From: an uncultured delta proteobacterium | GTDB lineage: Bacteria > Myxococcota > Myxococcia > Myxococcales > UBA5297 | NCBI GenBank assembly: GCA_963772225.1 | Contig: CAVYWD010000010.1 | Location: 41,724 to 105,723 of the forward strand | Direction of reading: 5' to 3' | Length of the DNA: 64,000 nucleotides | In this document: positions 52,428-62,400 of the stretch, one piece after another | How positions within the stretch are numbered: the first letter of the stretch is position 1 | Layout: the number at the start of each line of letters is the position of its first letter | Position numbers and translations under genes: made by a program | The notes under the pieces: model-generated | The model's input: only the letters and a program-made list of their open reading frames with translations | What the model was told of the DNA's origin: nothing | The model's database searches: none

Positions 52428-53898
52428 ATGGGCTACGCCATCACCACCTATCCCGACGTCCCCGGCATCGAGCGCCGGCTCGAGGCGCTGATGCGCCTGC
52501 CGGTCATCCCCCTGCGCGCCGACGCCATGGCCGCCATCCTGCGCTCGCTCGACGAGCGCTGCCCGCGCTCCAAGGCGGTCATCGAGGACGCGCGCGCCTT
52601 CATCCCCGGCGGCGTCCAGCACAACCTCGCCTTCAACTACCCCTTTCCGCTGGTGATCGATCGCGGCGAGGGGCCCTACCTCTACGACATCGACGGCAAC
52701 CGGTACCTCGACTTCCTCCAGGCCGGCGGCCCGACGATCCTGGGCAGCAATCCCGAGGCGGTCCGCGAGCCCGTGCTCGAGCTCTTGCGCCGCTGCGGCC
52801 CGGCCACCGGGCTCTTCCACGAGCTCGAGCTCGCCATCGCCAAGGAGGTGAGCCGCCACGTTCCCTCGGTGGAGATGTTCCGAATGCTCGGGAGCGGCAC
52901 GGAGGCGGTCATGGCCGCCATCCGCCTGAGCCGCCTGGTCACGCGCAAGCCCTTCATCGTGAAGGTCGGCGGCGCCTACCACGGTTGGTCGGATCAGCTG
53001 GTGTACAGCCTGAAGATCCCCGGCACGCGGCGCTTCGAGGCGCACGGCATCCCGCGGGCCTCCACGCTCTTCACGGCCGAGGCGCGCCCCAATGACCTGG
53101 ATTCCTTGGAGCGGGTCCTGCGCCGCAACCGCCTCGCCGGCGGGACCGCCGCGGTCCTGGTCGAGCCGCTGGGCCCCGAGAGCGGGACCCGCCCCGTGGC
53201 CCGCGACTACAACCACGGCGTCCGGCGCCTGTGCGATCGGTACGGCGCCCTGCTCATCTTCGACGAGGTGGTCACCGGATTCCGGGTCGGCCTCGGCGGG
53301 GCGCAGGGCTATTTCGGCGTCCGGCCGGACCTCACCGTCTTCGGAAAGATCATCGCCGGCGGCTACCCGGGCGCCGGTGGTCTCGGCGGGCGGCGAGAAT
53401 CTCATGCGCCACCTCGCCGCCGGCCTCGAGAGCGGCAAGCGCCGGGCCTACGTGGGCGGCACCCTGGCCGCGAGTCCGTTGAGCGCCGCGGCCGGCTACC
53501 ACGCCATCCGCGAGATCGAGCGCACCGGCGCCTGCGAAGCGGCCGGCCGCGCGGGCGACCGCCTGACGGCCGGGCTTCGCGCCCTCATCGAGCGCCATCG
53601 TCTCCCCTTCGTCGCCTACAACCAAGGGTCCATTTGCCACCTCCAGACCGTGGGCGCCCTGTTCGTTCCCATCTCGCTCCTGCACCTCCCGCGGGCCCTG
53701 CGCGACATCAAGGAGCGCAAGCACCGCATGGAGGAATACGGCGCGGCGTTCACCGCCGAGGGCCTGGTCACCCTCGCCGGAAGCCGGCTCTACACCAGCG
53801 CCGCCGACACCGACGAGGTCATCGACGATGCCCTGAGCCGCTTCGACCGGGTCTTTCAGAAGGTGGATTGCTCGGCCCTCGCCGGAGTCTCGCCGTGA
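52428..53898 (+). pseudogene. Class III aminotransferase (glutamate-1-semialdehyde aminomutase-like) with a +1 frameshift near 53385-53395
   Basis: Frame 0 reads ...LIFDEVVTGFRVGLGGAQGYFGVRPDLTVFGKIIAGGYPGAGGLGGRRE. Frame +1 continues ENLMRHLAAG...AYVGGTLAASPLSAAAGYHAI... to the stop at 53898. The break lies in a G/C run, so a sequencing error is possible. Confidence 0.75.
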
Positions 53899-54545
53899 CC
53901 GAGGTCGCCCAGGCGCAGGAGGCGGTGCGGGCCATGGGCGTGCGCCTGTCGGAGGCGGGGCTCGTCGTCGGCACCTGGGGGAACGTCAGCGTCCGAGTTG
54001 GCGATCGCATGGCGGTAACGCCCAGCGGTGCCGACTACCGAGCCCTCGCCGCCGCCGACGTGCCGCTCGTCGAGCTCGCCACCGGCGAGTGGACAGGCCC
54101 CAAGCCCTCCAGCGAGCGCGACCTGCACCTGGCCGTGTACCGCGAGCGCAAGGAGATCAACGCGGTCATCCACGTCCACTCGCCCAACGCATCCACGGTG
54201 GCCGCGGCGCGGCGGGAGCTGCCGCCGATCCTCGACGACATGGCGCAGATCCTCGGGCCTTCGGTCCGCGTCGCCGACTACGCCCTGCCGACGACGCGCA
54301 AGCTGGTGCGCGAGACGCTTAAGGCGCTGCGCGGGCGGATGGCGGCGCTCATGGCCAACCACGGCGCGGTTTGCCTCGGGCGCGACCTGGAGGAGGCGTT
54401 CCTCTGCTGCCAGGTGCTCGAGAAGTCCTGCCGCTCGTTCATCGAGGCCGAATTCCTGGGCGGCGCCAAGAGCCTCGGCCGCGTTGAGGCGGTCCTCATG
54501 CACCAATATTTCCTGCGCAAGTATTCGCGCCAATGGAAGCCCTGA
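53895..54545 (+). CDS. Class II aldolase/adducin-family protein
   Basis: 216 aa from GTG, with a GTGA overlap with the upstream stop. Motifs: GTWGNVSVR, AVTPSG, INAVIHVHSPNAS and ANHGAVCLG. Confidence 0.85.
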   Translation: MTEVAQAQEAVRAMGVRLSEAGLVVGTWGNVSVRVGDRMAVTPSGADYRALAAADVPLVELATGEWTGPKPSSERDLHLAVYRERKEINAVIHVHSPNASTVAAARRELPPILDDMAQILGPSVRVADYALPTTRKLVRETLKALRGRMAALMANHGAVCLGRDLEEAFLCCQVLEKSCRSFIEAEFLGGAKSLGRVEAVLMHQYFLRKYSRQWKP

Positions 54546-54556
54546 GGCTGGCGGAC

Positions 54557-56146
54557 ATGACGACGGACCTCTGCGTCATCGGCTACGACATCGGGACCAC
54601 CAGCACCAAGACCTGCCTCTACCGCATCGGCGCCCACCTCGCGCTCGTGCGCCGCGCCGTCCACCCCTATCCCTTGCGCGTGCTCCCGAACGGCGGAGTC
54701 GAGCAGGATCCGGAGGAGTACTGGCGCGCCATGGCCCAGGGCACTCGCGAGGTCTTGGCGGCCTCCGGGACGGAAGCATCCTCGGTGCAGGCGGTCTCGT
54801 TTTCGAGCCAGATGCAGGGGCTGATCCTGGTGGACGAGGCTCTGCAGGCCATCCGGCCCGCGATGAGCTATCTCGACAGCCGCGCCGTCGAAGAGCATCG
54901 CAAAGGGATCAAGAGCGGACTGTGCGTGGCCGGATTGCGCGCTCGCGTGCTGCTCCCCTCGCTCCATCTGACCGGCGGCGTCTCCGCCAGCGTCAAGGAT
55001 CCCGTCTGGAAGTATCTCTGGGTCAAGAATCACGAGCCCGAGGTCTTCGCTCGCGCTCGATATTGGCTGGACATCAAGGACTACCTCGCGGCGCGCTGCA
55101 CCGGCCGCGCCACCATGGGCGAGGATTCGGCCCACGCCACGTTCCTCTTCGACAGCCGCCCCGGAAAGCGCCGCTGGAGCGCGCACCTCGCGAAAGCCTA
55201 CGGCGTTCAAATGCGCCACCTCCCCGAGGTCATCGCCTCGACCGATGCGGCCGGGCCGCTCACCGCCAGCGCGGCGCGCGACCTGGGCCTCGCTCCGGGG
55301 ATTCCGGTGGTCGCAGGGGGCGGCGACCTGACCATGACCGCGCTCGGCAGCGGCTGCGTGAATCCGGGGGAAGCCCACGTCTACATGGGCACCTCGGGCT
55401 GGGTCTCGGCGGTCTGCCAGAAGCGGCTGGTCGACGTCGGTCACCTCATGGCATCGATCATCGGCGCGCGGCCCGGCCACTACAATTACATCGGCGAGCA
55501 GGAGACCTCGGGCAAATGCCTCGATTGGGCCCGCGATCACTTGGCCCTCGACGGAATCGGGCTTTTCCCCGAGGACCTGGGCAGGCAAGCCGAGTCGCGC
55601 GCCTTCGAGGTCATGGCCTCGGCGGCCGCGGGCGCGCCCCCCGGAGCCGGCGGCGCCCTCTTTGCTCCGTGGCTGCATGGCAATCGCTCGCCCTTCGAGG
55701 ATCCCCTGGCCCGCGGCATCTTCTTCAACATCGGTTTGAACACCGACAAAGCGTGCCTCTTGCGCGCCGTGCTCGAGGGGACCCTTCAGCAGAAGCGCTG
55801 GCTTCTCGACTGCATGGCCGAGAAGGCGACGGTTCTGGAGCCGCTGCGTTTCGCGGGAGGCGGAGCTCAATCGAGGGTCATCGGCCAGCTCTTGGCTGAC
55901 ATCACGGGCCGGGCCATCGAAGCGGTGGCCGAGCCGCAGTGCGCCGGCGCGACGGGCGCCGCGGCCGTGTGCGCGCTCCACCTGGGCGCCCTCGATGGCT
56001 TCGACCGCTTGCGCCAGTCCATTCCCGTCGGCGCGGCGTACGAACCGGATGGCTCGCGGCGCGAGGTTTACGAAAGAGGCTATTCGGTGCTTCGCAGCCT
56101 GCACTCGGCCAATCGACGCCATTTCCGGCGGCTCAATGGAGGATAG
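54557..56146 (+). CDS. FGGY-family carbohydrate kinase (xylulokinase-like)
   Basis: VIGYDIGTTSTKTCLY, GGGDLTMTALGSG and RFAGGGAQS are present. An alternative upstream ATG at 54533 overlaps the aldolase gene. Confidence 0.85.
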   Translation: MTTDLCVIGYDIGTTSTKTCLYRIGAHLALVRRAVHPYPLRVLPNGGVEQDPEEYWRAMAQGTREVLAASGTEASSVQAVSFSSQMQGLILVDEALQAIRPAMSYLDSRAVEEHRKGIKSGLCVAGLRARVLLPSLHLTGGVSASVKDPVWKYLWVKNHEPEVFARARYWLDIKDYLAARCTGRATMGEDSAHATFLFDSRPGKRRWSAHLAKAYGVQMRHLPEVIASTDAAGPLTASAARDLGLAPGIPVVAGGGDLTMTALGSGCVNPGEAHVYMGTSGWVSAVCQKRLVDVGHLMASIIGARPGHYNYIGEQETSGKCLDWARDHLALDGIGLFPEDLGRQAESRAFEVMASAAAGAPPGAGGALFAPWLHGNRSPFEDPLARGIFFNIGLNTDKACLLRAVLEGTLQQKRWLLDCMAEKATVLEPLRFAGGGAQSRVIGQLLADITGRAIEAVAEPQCAGATGAAAVCALHLGALDGFDRLRQSIPVGAAYEPDGSRREVYERGYSVLRSLHSANRRHFRRLNGG

Positions 56147-56222
56147 GCGGCACGCCGACGAAAGGGGCTTCTCGCCCTCGCCGCTGCAACCAGTCCCGCG
56201 CCGCTTGTAAGGTCCTCTGCGC

Positions 56223-56356
56223 TGGGACGCGACCCTGCGAAGGCTTCGAATCGCCCGCGCTCTCCTTCTTGGCCGAGGGCTGCGCGGCTTCAGGCGAGGC
56301 GCACGCCTCGATGAGAGCCGCGGCGCTCCCTTGCGTCGAGCGCTGCCTCGCGCGCT
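56223..56356 (+). pseudogene. Orphan fragment paralogous to codons ~40-84 of the 48607-49611 gene
   Basis: By eye it is ~85-90% identical to 48724-48856 (LSFLAEGCAASGEAHASMRAAALPCVERCLAR versus LSFLADGCAASGEAHASMRAAARSCVERCLAR). It ends in a TAG and has no upstream start. Confidence 0.7.
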
Positions 56357-56388
56357 AGAGTTCCTGCAGGTCGTGAACTGGGAACCGC

Positions 56389-56757
56389 TTACTGGCAAGG
56401 GCAGCAGAAGTAGCTCCAGCCCGCCGGCGTCGGGATCCGAATGCTCTCGCAGGCCCAGGCCGGCGATGGCGAGGCCTCGTAGCACCCGACCGCGTAGCGA
56501 GCGCTCCCGCAGGTGTCGCTGCATGACTTCGAGCCGTCGGACGCCACCTCGCACGTGGTGAAGGCGTCCCAGGCGCCGCAGCCCTGCGCCACTGCTCCCT
56601 CGGCAGCGGCCTGGACGTCGCTCGGCCAGCGGCAGGATGCTCGGAGCGCCGGGTCGGAGACACCGCCGGCCTTGAGGTTCGCCGCGTCGTTTGCCGCCCC
56701 GCCCGAGCAGCTTGGCCCGAGGGCGAGAAGTACGAGAAGCAAGGCCGCGCTCTTCAT
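56389..56757 (-). CDS. Small Cys-rich secreted protein / lipoprotein
   Basis: 122 aa with a signal peptide (MKSAALLLVLLALGPSC) and 11 Cys residues. AGGAG lies 9 nt upstream of the ATG. Confidence 0.65.
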   Translation of the reverse strand: MKSAALLLVLLALGPSCSGGAANDAANLKAGGVSDPALRASCRWPSDVQAAAEGAVAQGCGAWDAFTTCEVASDGSKSCSDTCGSARYAVGCYEASPSPAWACESIRIPTPAGWSYFCCPCQ

Positions 56758-56998
56758 GGTGTGCATCTCCTGGAGCGCCGAGTTGCATCGCTTGCGCCAG
56801 GCCTCCTCTCCCTGCGTGCCTGCGGGCTGGGCGCGCGAATCCACGGAAACCGTCCACCGAGGCCTCAGGAATTTGAGGCTCGCGCCGAGGGCTCTCGGCT
56901 CTGGACTGCGCAGCGCGGCGCTTGGCTGCGCCGGGTCGATCCCTCGAGGCGAGGGCGCGTTGCCGGCGCGCGGTGCAGCTCCTATACTCTCCACCGTC

Positions 56999-57580
56999 AT
57001 GATGTCGTCGAAACACGAGGTAGGCGAGCGCATCGACCTGCACCTCACCTACGAGGACTATTGTGCCCTGCCCGAGGACGGCCGGCGCTACCAGGTCATT
57101 GGGGGGGACTTGGACGTGACGCCCGCTCCGTCGTACTCCCATCAGCGCGTTTCGCGGAATCTCGGGGCCGTCCTTCACGAGCACGTTGGCCGAAATCGTC
57201 TGGGCATCGTCCTCTTCGCCCCCATCGACGTGATCCTCGCCGACGACACCATTGTGCAACCCGACCTCGTATTCATTGCGCGCGACCACCTCTCGCGGGT
57301 CAATGAGCGCGGAATCGAAGGGCCCCCAGACCTGGTGGTCGAGATCCTCTCGCCCAGGACCCGGCGAACAAATCGCGTCATCAAGATGCGGGCCTACGCT
57401 CGTTTCGGCGTGCCGCAATGCTGGCTCGTCGACCCCGAGGCGCAGAGCCTCGAGATGTTCTCGCTGTCCAGCTCGGGGTACGTGCTCACCCGAGTTGCGG
57501 GCGGCGGCGAGACTGTGCGGTCGGAGCTCTTCCCCGAGCTGAACCTCGCGCTCGGAGAGATCTTTGCGCCGGACGCGTAG
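56999..57580 (+). CDS. Uma2-family (DUF820) PD-(D/E)xK endonuclease
   Basis: 193 aa with YQVIGG...SYSHQRVSRNL...QPDLVFI...PDLVVEILSP...D...K..Y...GV..CWLVDP, which fits the typical Uma2 pattern. Confidence 0.8.
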   Translation: MMSSKHEVGERIDLHLTYEDYCALPEDGRRYQVIGGDLDVTPAPSYSHQRVSRNLGAVLHEHVGRNRLGIVLFAPIDVILADDTIVQPDLVFIARDHLSRVNERGIEGPPDLVVEILSPRTRRTNRVIKMRAYARFGVPQCWLVDPEAQSLEMFSLSSSGYVLTRVAGGGETVRSELFPELNLALGEIFAPDA

Positions 57581-57849
57581 GACGGCACGGCCGGGCGTGG
57601 CCAGGGCGCGAAGGCTCCAGAGCGCAGACTCCCGATGGCGCGGGCCTGGCGCCTGAAGCGCACAAGGCCGTAGGAAGCCAACGCTCTCGATGTGGATTGC
57701 TCCAGGTTCCCGGTGCGCGTCACCTTCGCCCAGGTCGTCGCGCGCGGCGCGCGCCATGGCGACCGCGCCCATGGCGACCGCTGGAATTCCAATCCCGCGG
57801 CCCAGGGCGCTAGACTCCACCGCGAGCTCGCCTCCCTGCCGCTCTGAAG

Positions 57850-58872
57850 GTGGAGTCAAAGTTGACTGCCGGTGAAGCCCCGCGATTGGACGAATGGGTC
57901 GAAACCGTCGCGCCGGGCGCTGTCCGCGCCGTCCTCACCGACGACGTTGTCGGCGCTGTCTCGGCGCTCGCGGTCTGCGCCGGCCGCCGGGGCGTCACCG
58001 CGGTCCACGTCGCGCCGTCGCCGCCGAGCATCGAGGAGGCGATCGCCCAGGCCATTCGAGCGCTCGCGCAGGCCGCGCAAGAGCTCTGGCCCGACTGGTA
58101 CGGCGAGGCCGGGTCGCCCGAGGGGCCTTCGCGAGAGCGCGTCGCCGCGAGGCATCCCCGGGTGCTGGCGCGCTGGCTCACCGCCGCCGGCGAGCGGGCC
58201 CGCCGCGGGCTCGCGCCTCTCGTCCACGACCTGCCGCTCGAGGTGCAGGCGGGTCAGCTCGCTCTCGCGCTCGACCCGTCCGCGCTGGTGGTGGCGCTGG
58301 GGCTTCAGAGCGCAAATCCCGGCGACGCCAAGCTCGCCTCCTTCGCCCGGGGCGCCGAGTGGCTGGCGAGCAAGACCGCGGCTCGGGTCGTGGCCGTCGT
58401 GCCCTGGCAGCTCGAGGGAGCTCTCTGGGTCGACCCCATCGCCTACGGGGCGCTTCGGCTCATGGGCCGGGAGCCGAGCGCCGCCGCGCCAGCGCACGTC
58501 TTCCCGGTGATGGGCCGGCCGCACCCGGGGAGCGAGGCAGAGCAGGTGCTGGCCCGCGCGCTCGCCCGAGACGAGGAGCTTTGCCCCCTCTTCGAGTTCA
58601 ACCAGCGCCTATCGACGGGGCGGAGGGCCCACCCCACAGTCGACCTCGTCTGGCGAGAAGGGCGCCTGGTCGTCGAGCTCGACGGATGGGAGACGCACGG
58701 CAATCGATGGGCCTTTGCGAGCGATCGGCACCGCGACTACGAGCTCGCCCTGAGCGGATACGTCGTGCTGCGCTTGACCAACGACGAGGTCTTGCGAGAT
58801 CCCGCGCTGACGATCGACAAGATTCGAGACCTGGTGCGGGCTCGCCGCACGCTGGGAAAGGAAGCGCGATGA
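57850..58872 (+). CDS. Protein with an unknown N-terminal domain and a C-terminal DUF559 (Vsr-like) endonuclease domain
   Basis: 340 aa. The C-terminus (HPTVDLVWREGRLVVELDGWETHG...DRHRDYELALSGYVVLRLTNDEV) fits the DUF559 D...E.DG..H...D..R...L...G..V.R pattern. The start is GTG at 57850 or TTG at 57862. Confidence 0.7.
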   Translation: MESKLTAGEAPRLDEWVETVAPGAVRAVLTDDVVGAVSALAVCAGRRGVTAVHVAPSPPSIEEAIAQAIRALAQAAQELWPDWYGEAGSPEGPSRERVAARHPRVLARWLTAAGERARRGLAPLVHDLPLEVQAGQLALALDPSALVVALGLQSANPGDAKLASFARGAEWLASKTAARVVAVVPWQLEGALWVDPIAYGALRLMGREPSAAAPAHVFPVMGRPHPGSEAEQVLARALARDEELCPLFEFNQRLSTGRRAHPTVDLVWREGRLVVELDGWETHGNRWAFASDRHRDYELALSGYVVLRLTNDEVLRDPALTIDKIRDLVRARRTLGKEAR

Positions 58873-59480
58873 ACGAAGAGCTCCCGGAGAGCGCCAAGGT
58901 GTTCCTGCTCGAGCTCGTGTTCTCGGGCCGCGAGGTGATGCAGAGCAAGACCGGCCTCGAGGTGCCGATGCGCAGGCACCTCCAACAGCTTGGGCTGATA
59001 TCGCTGGAGAAGCGCGGCCCGGCTACCTATGTCGCCGCGACCGACGCGGCCTGGAAATGGGTCGAGGAGAACTTGGACCTCGCGCTCGCGCGCACCCAGC
59101 CGCGCCGCGCGCTCGAGGCCGTGCTGAAGCGGCTGCGCGAGTTCTTGGCGGCGAACGACCTGCCGCTCTCCGGGTTCGTGCGCCCCGCCGTGCCGGAGGC
59201 GTCGCCCGCGCCCGCCGAGCCGCTCGAGGCGCAGATCCGCCGCGCGTACCTGGCGCGCTCGGGCGGCGCGCTCCATGCCCGCGTGCGGCTCGCCGACCTT
59301 CGGGCGGACCTGCCCGCCGTCGACCGCGCCGCGCTCGACGAGGAGATCTTGACCTTGCAGCGGCAAGAGCGCGCCGCGCTCTTCCCACTGGACAACCCGC
59401 GGGAGGTGGGCCCCGACGACGTGCGGGCCGCCATCAATCTCTCCGGGGTCCCGCAGCACGTTCTCTACCTGAGGGGATGA
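58869..59480 (+). CDS. Hypothetical 203-aa protein (family unrecognised; possibly helical or wHTH-like)
   Basis: Its ATG overlaps the upstream TGA (ATGA at 58869-58872), and its own stop overlaps the next ATG (59477-59480). Third-position GC is high. Confidence 0.65.
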   Translation: MNEELPESAKVFLLELVFSGREVMQSKTGLEVPMRRHLQQLGLISLEKRGPATYVAATDAAWKWVEENLDLALARTQPRRALEAVLKRLREFLAANDLPLSGFVRPAVPEASPAPAEPLEAQIRRAYLARSGGALHARVRLADLRADLPAVDRAALDEEILTLQRQERAALFPLDNPREVGPDDVRAAINLSGVPQHVLYLRG

Positions 59481-62400
59481 CCATGGAGCTCACCGCGCTT
59501 CGCCTGGCGGACTTCGAGTGGACGACGCACATCGACGGCGTCTGGAGCGAGCCGCCGCACGACGTGCCGGCGCTGCACCAGAAGGTCCGCGACGAGCTCG
59601 CCTTTCAAATCGAAAGGCTGGCGCAGCGGCCCGGCGCGGCGTCGCCGCTGGGGGTCGTCCTGACCGGAGAGGCGGGCTCCGGGAAGACGCATTTGTTGTC
59701 GGCCCTTCGAAAGATCGCCTTCGGGCGCGGCGCGAGCTTCGCCCTCATCGACATGACCGACGTGAAGGACTTCTGGGCCACGGCGCAGCTCGGCTTCTTG
59801 AGCGCGCTGCAGCGCCCGGGCGCCTCGGGGCGAAGGCAGCTGAGCGAGATCCTGCAGCACATCATCGAGACCTGCGGGGGCCCCGGCAGCCGCGGGCTCG
59901 ACGTCGAGAAGCTCGCCGCGCTGCGCCCGCCGCGCCTCATCAACGTCATCGACGAGCTCATCGCCGGGCTCGGCAAGCGCTACCCGCTCGAGACGCACCA
60001 GTATCGGGACGTCATCCGCGCCCTGGCGCTCATCAACTGCGACGCCTTCGAAATTGCCAACATCGGCTACGGCTGGCTGCAAGGCATGGGGCTCGACGAG
60101 GACCACCAGCTCGTCCACGACCTGCGCAACTACCAGATGCAGACCTCGCAGCTTTTGAAGGCCCTGAGCTGGCTCAACAGCTTGCGGGCCCCCATGATCA
60201 TCGCGCTGGACCAGCTCGACGCCATCGTCGCCGAGCAGAACCTGGCGAGCGACCCGCTCTCGCCGGACCCCGCCGCCGCCGCGCGGCAGAACGCCGCGCG
60301 GGCCATCATCGAGCGCATCGCCAACGGCCTCATGGACCTCCAGGGCGCCGCCTGCCGCTCGCTGGTCGTCGTCTCCTGCCTGGAGGCGACCTGGTCGGTG
60401 CTGTCGCAGAAGGCGCTCGCCTCCGCGCCGGCGCGGTTCCTGCCGCCCATCGAGCTCGTCAAGCCGGGCGCCGACGCCTTCGCGCACCGGATGATCGCCA
60501 GCCGGCTCGCCGAGTCGTACCGCAAGCACCAGGTGACCCCGCCCCACGAGACCTGGCCTTTCGCGCCCAGCGCTTTCCAGGGGCTGACGCTCACGCCGCG
60601 CGAGGTCCTGAAGCGCTGTCACCAACACGTGCGCGCCTGCGTGGGGGCGGGGCGGATCGTCGAGCTGCAGTCGCTGGGCGCGAGCGCGGCGGCGCCGGTC
60701 GGAGCGGGCCCTTCGGACGACTTGGCGAAGCTGGACGAGCGCTACGCGGCGCTCCAGCGCGAGGCGAAGGTCCAAGGCTTGAAGTCCGAGCCCGCCGAGG
60801 CGCAGCTCGACCGCCTTCTGGAGGAGGCCTGCGTCTGCCTCACCCTGGAAGAGCCGCTCCCCGAGGGCAAGGACGCGCTCGTGGACCGGGACTTCGAGGG
60901 CGCCGGGCGGTTCGACCCGCTGCACGCGCGCATCCGCCTCGTCCACCACGACCAGGGCGACCGCGAGCAGCACTACTCCTTCCGCTTCCTGGAGCACGCC
61001 AACGCCGTCGCCTTCCAGGCCCGCCTCAACGCCGCCGTCACCGCGGCGGGCATCGACCGGCAGCTCGACTTTCGGAAGCTCGTCATCCTGCGCTTCGGCC
61101 CGCTCCCGGGCGGCAAGAAGACGCAGGACCTCCTGGCTCAGTTCGCGTCGCTCGGCGGCGTCTTCCAGGCGCCGAGCAATCAAGACCTGGGCGCGATGAG
61201 CGCCCTCGCCGCTCTGCGGGCCGAGAAGAGCGCCTCCGCGCTCGAGCCGTGGCTGCGCGCCCGGCGGCCGGCGAGCCAAATCTCCCTCTTCAAAGAGGCG
61301 CGGCAGTTCCTGTTCGGGGCCTCGCCGGGCGCGAGCCCCGCTGCGCCCACCCCTCTCGACGGAGCGCCGTCGAAGTTGCGAGAGGTCAGCGCTCCCGGCG
61401 TGAGCGCGAAACCGGCGCCGGCGCCGCACCCGTCGCGGCCTCTGCAGCCAGAGCTCGACCTCTCACCGAGCCGCAGGGCTTCACCCGCAGAGGGCCCGCC
61501 TTCGCCTCGCCCGGACGCTGCCGGCCAGCTGCCCATCGGGAACCGGATCATCGCGGGCAGCGCCGGCGCCGAAATCATCTCGGTCCCGGTCGAGCAGCTC
61601 AGCAAGCACGCCGTCGTCCTCGCCGGCGCGGGCTCGGGCAAGACCATGCTCGTGCGGCGCATGGTGGAGGAGGCCGCGCTGCAGAAGATTCCTTCCATCG
61701 TGCTCGACCCCGCGGGCGACCTCGCGCGCCTGGGCGACCCGTGGCCCGAGCCGCCGCCGGAGCTCGACGAGGCCGACCGCGAGAAGGCCCAGCGCTACCT
61801 CGCGCAGACCGAGGTCGTGGTCTTCACCCCGGGGCGCGCGGCGGGCAACCCTCTGCGCTTCGACCCACTGCCCGACCTCTCGTCCCTGGAGGGCGACGAG
61901 TACACCATCGCGCGGGACCTGGCGCGCGGCGCGCTGGAGCCTCTGGCGCTGGGGCGCACCGGCGCCGCGAAGAAGGGCCGCCTGGGCGTCTTGACCACCG
62001 CGCTCGACTACCAGGCGCAGCACGGGCCTCCAGGGCTCGACGCCTTCATCGCGCTGCTCGGCGACCTGCCCGAGGAGGCCGCCGGCGGATTCGACAAGGC
62101 CCAGAAGCACGCGCGGGAGATGGCGGACGCGCTCCGCGAACAGCAGCACATCAACCCGCTCTTGCGCAGGGAGGGCGAGCCGCTCGACCCCGCCGTCCTC
62201 TTCGGCGACGCCAAGGGCGGCAGCGGCCGGACGCGAATCTCGGTGGTGAGCTTCGTCGGCCTCCCCAGCCCCGAGGAGCAGCAGGCGTTCGTGAGCCAGC
62301 TCGCCAGGACGCTGTTCGGCTGGATCAAGCTGAACCCCAAGGTCCAGGGCCGCGCCCTGCGCGGGCTCCTGGTGGTCGACGAGGCGAAGGACTTCGCGCC

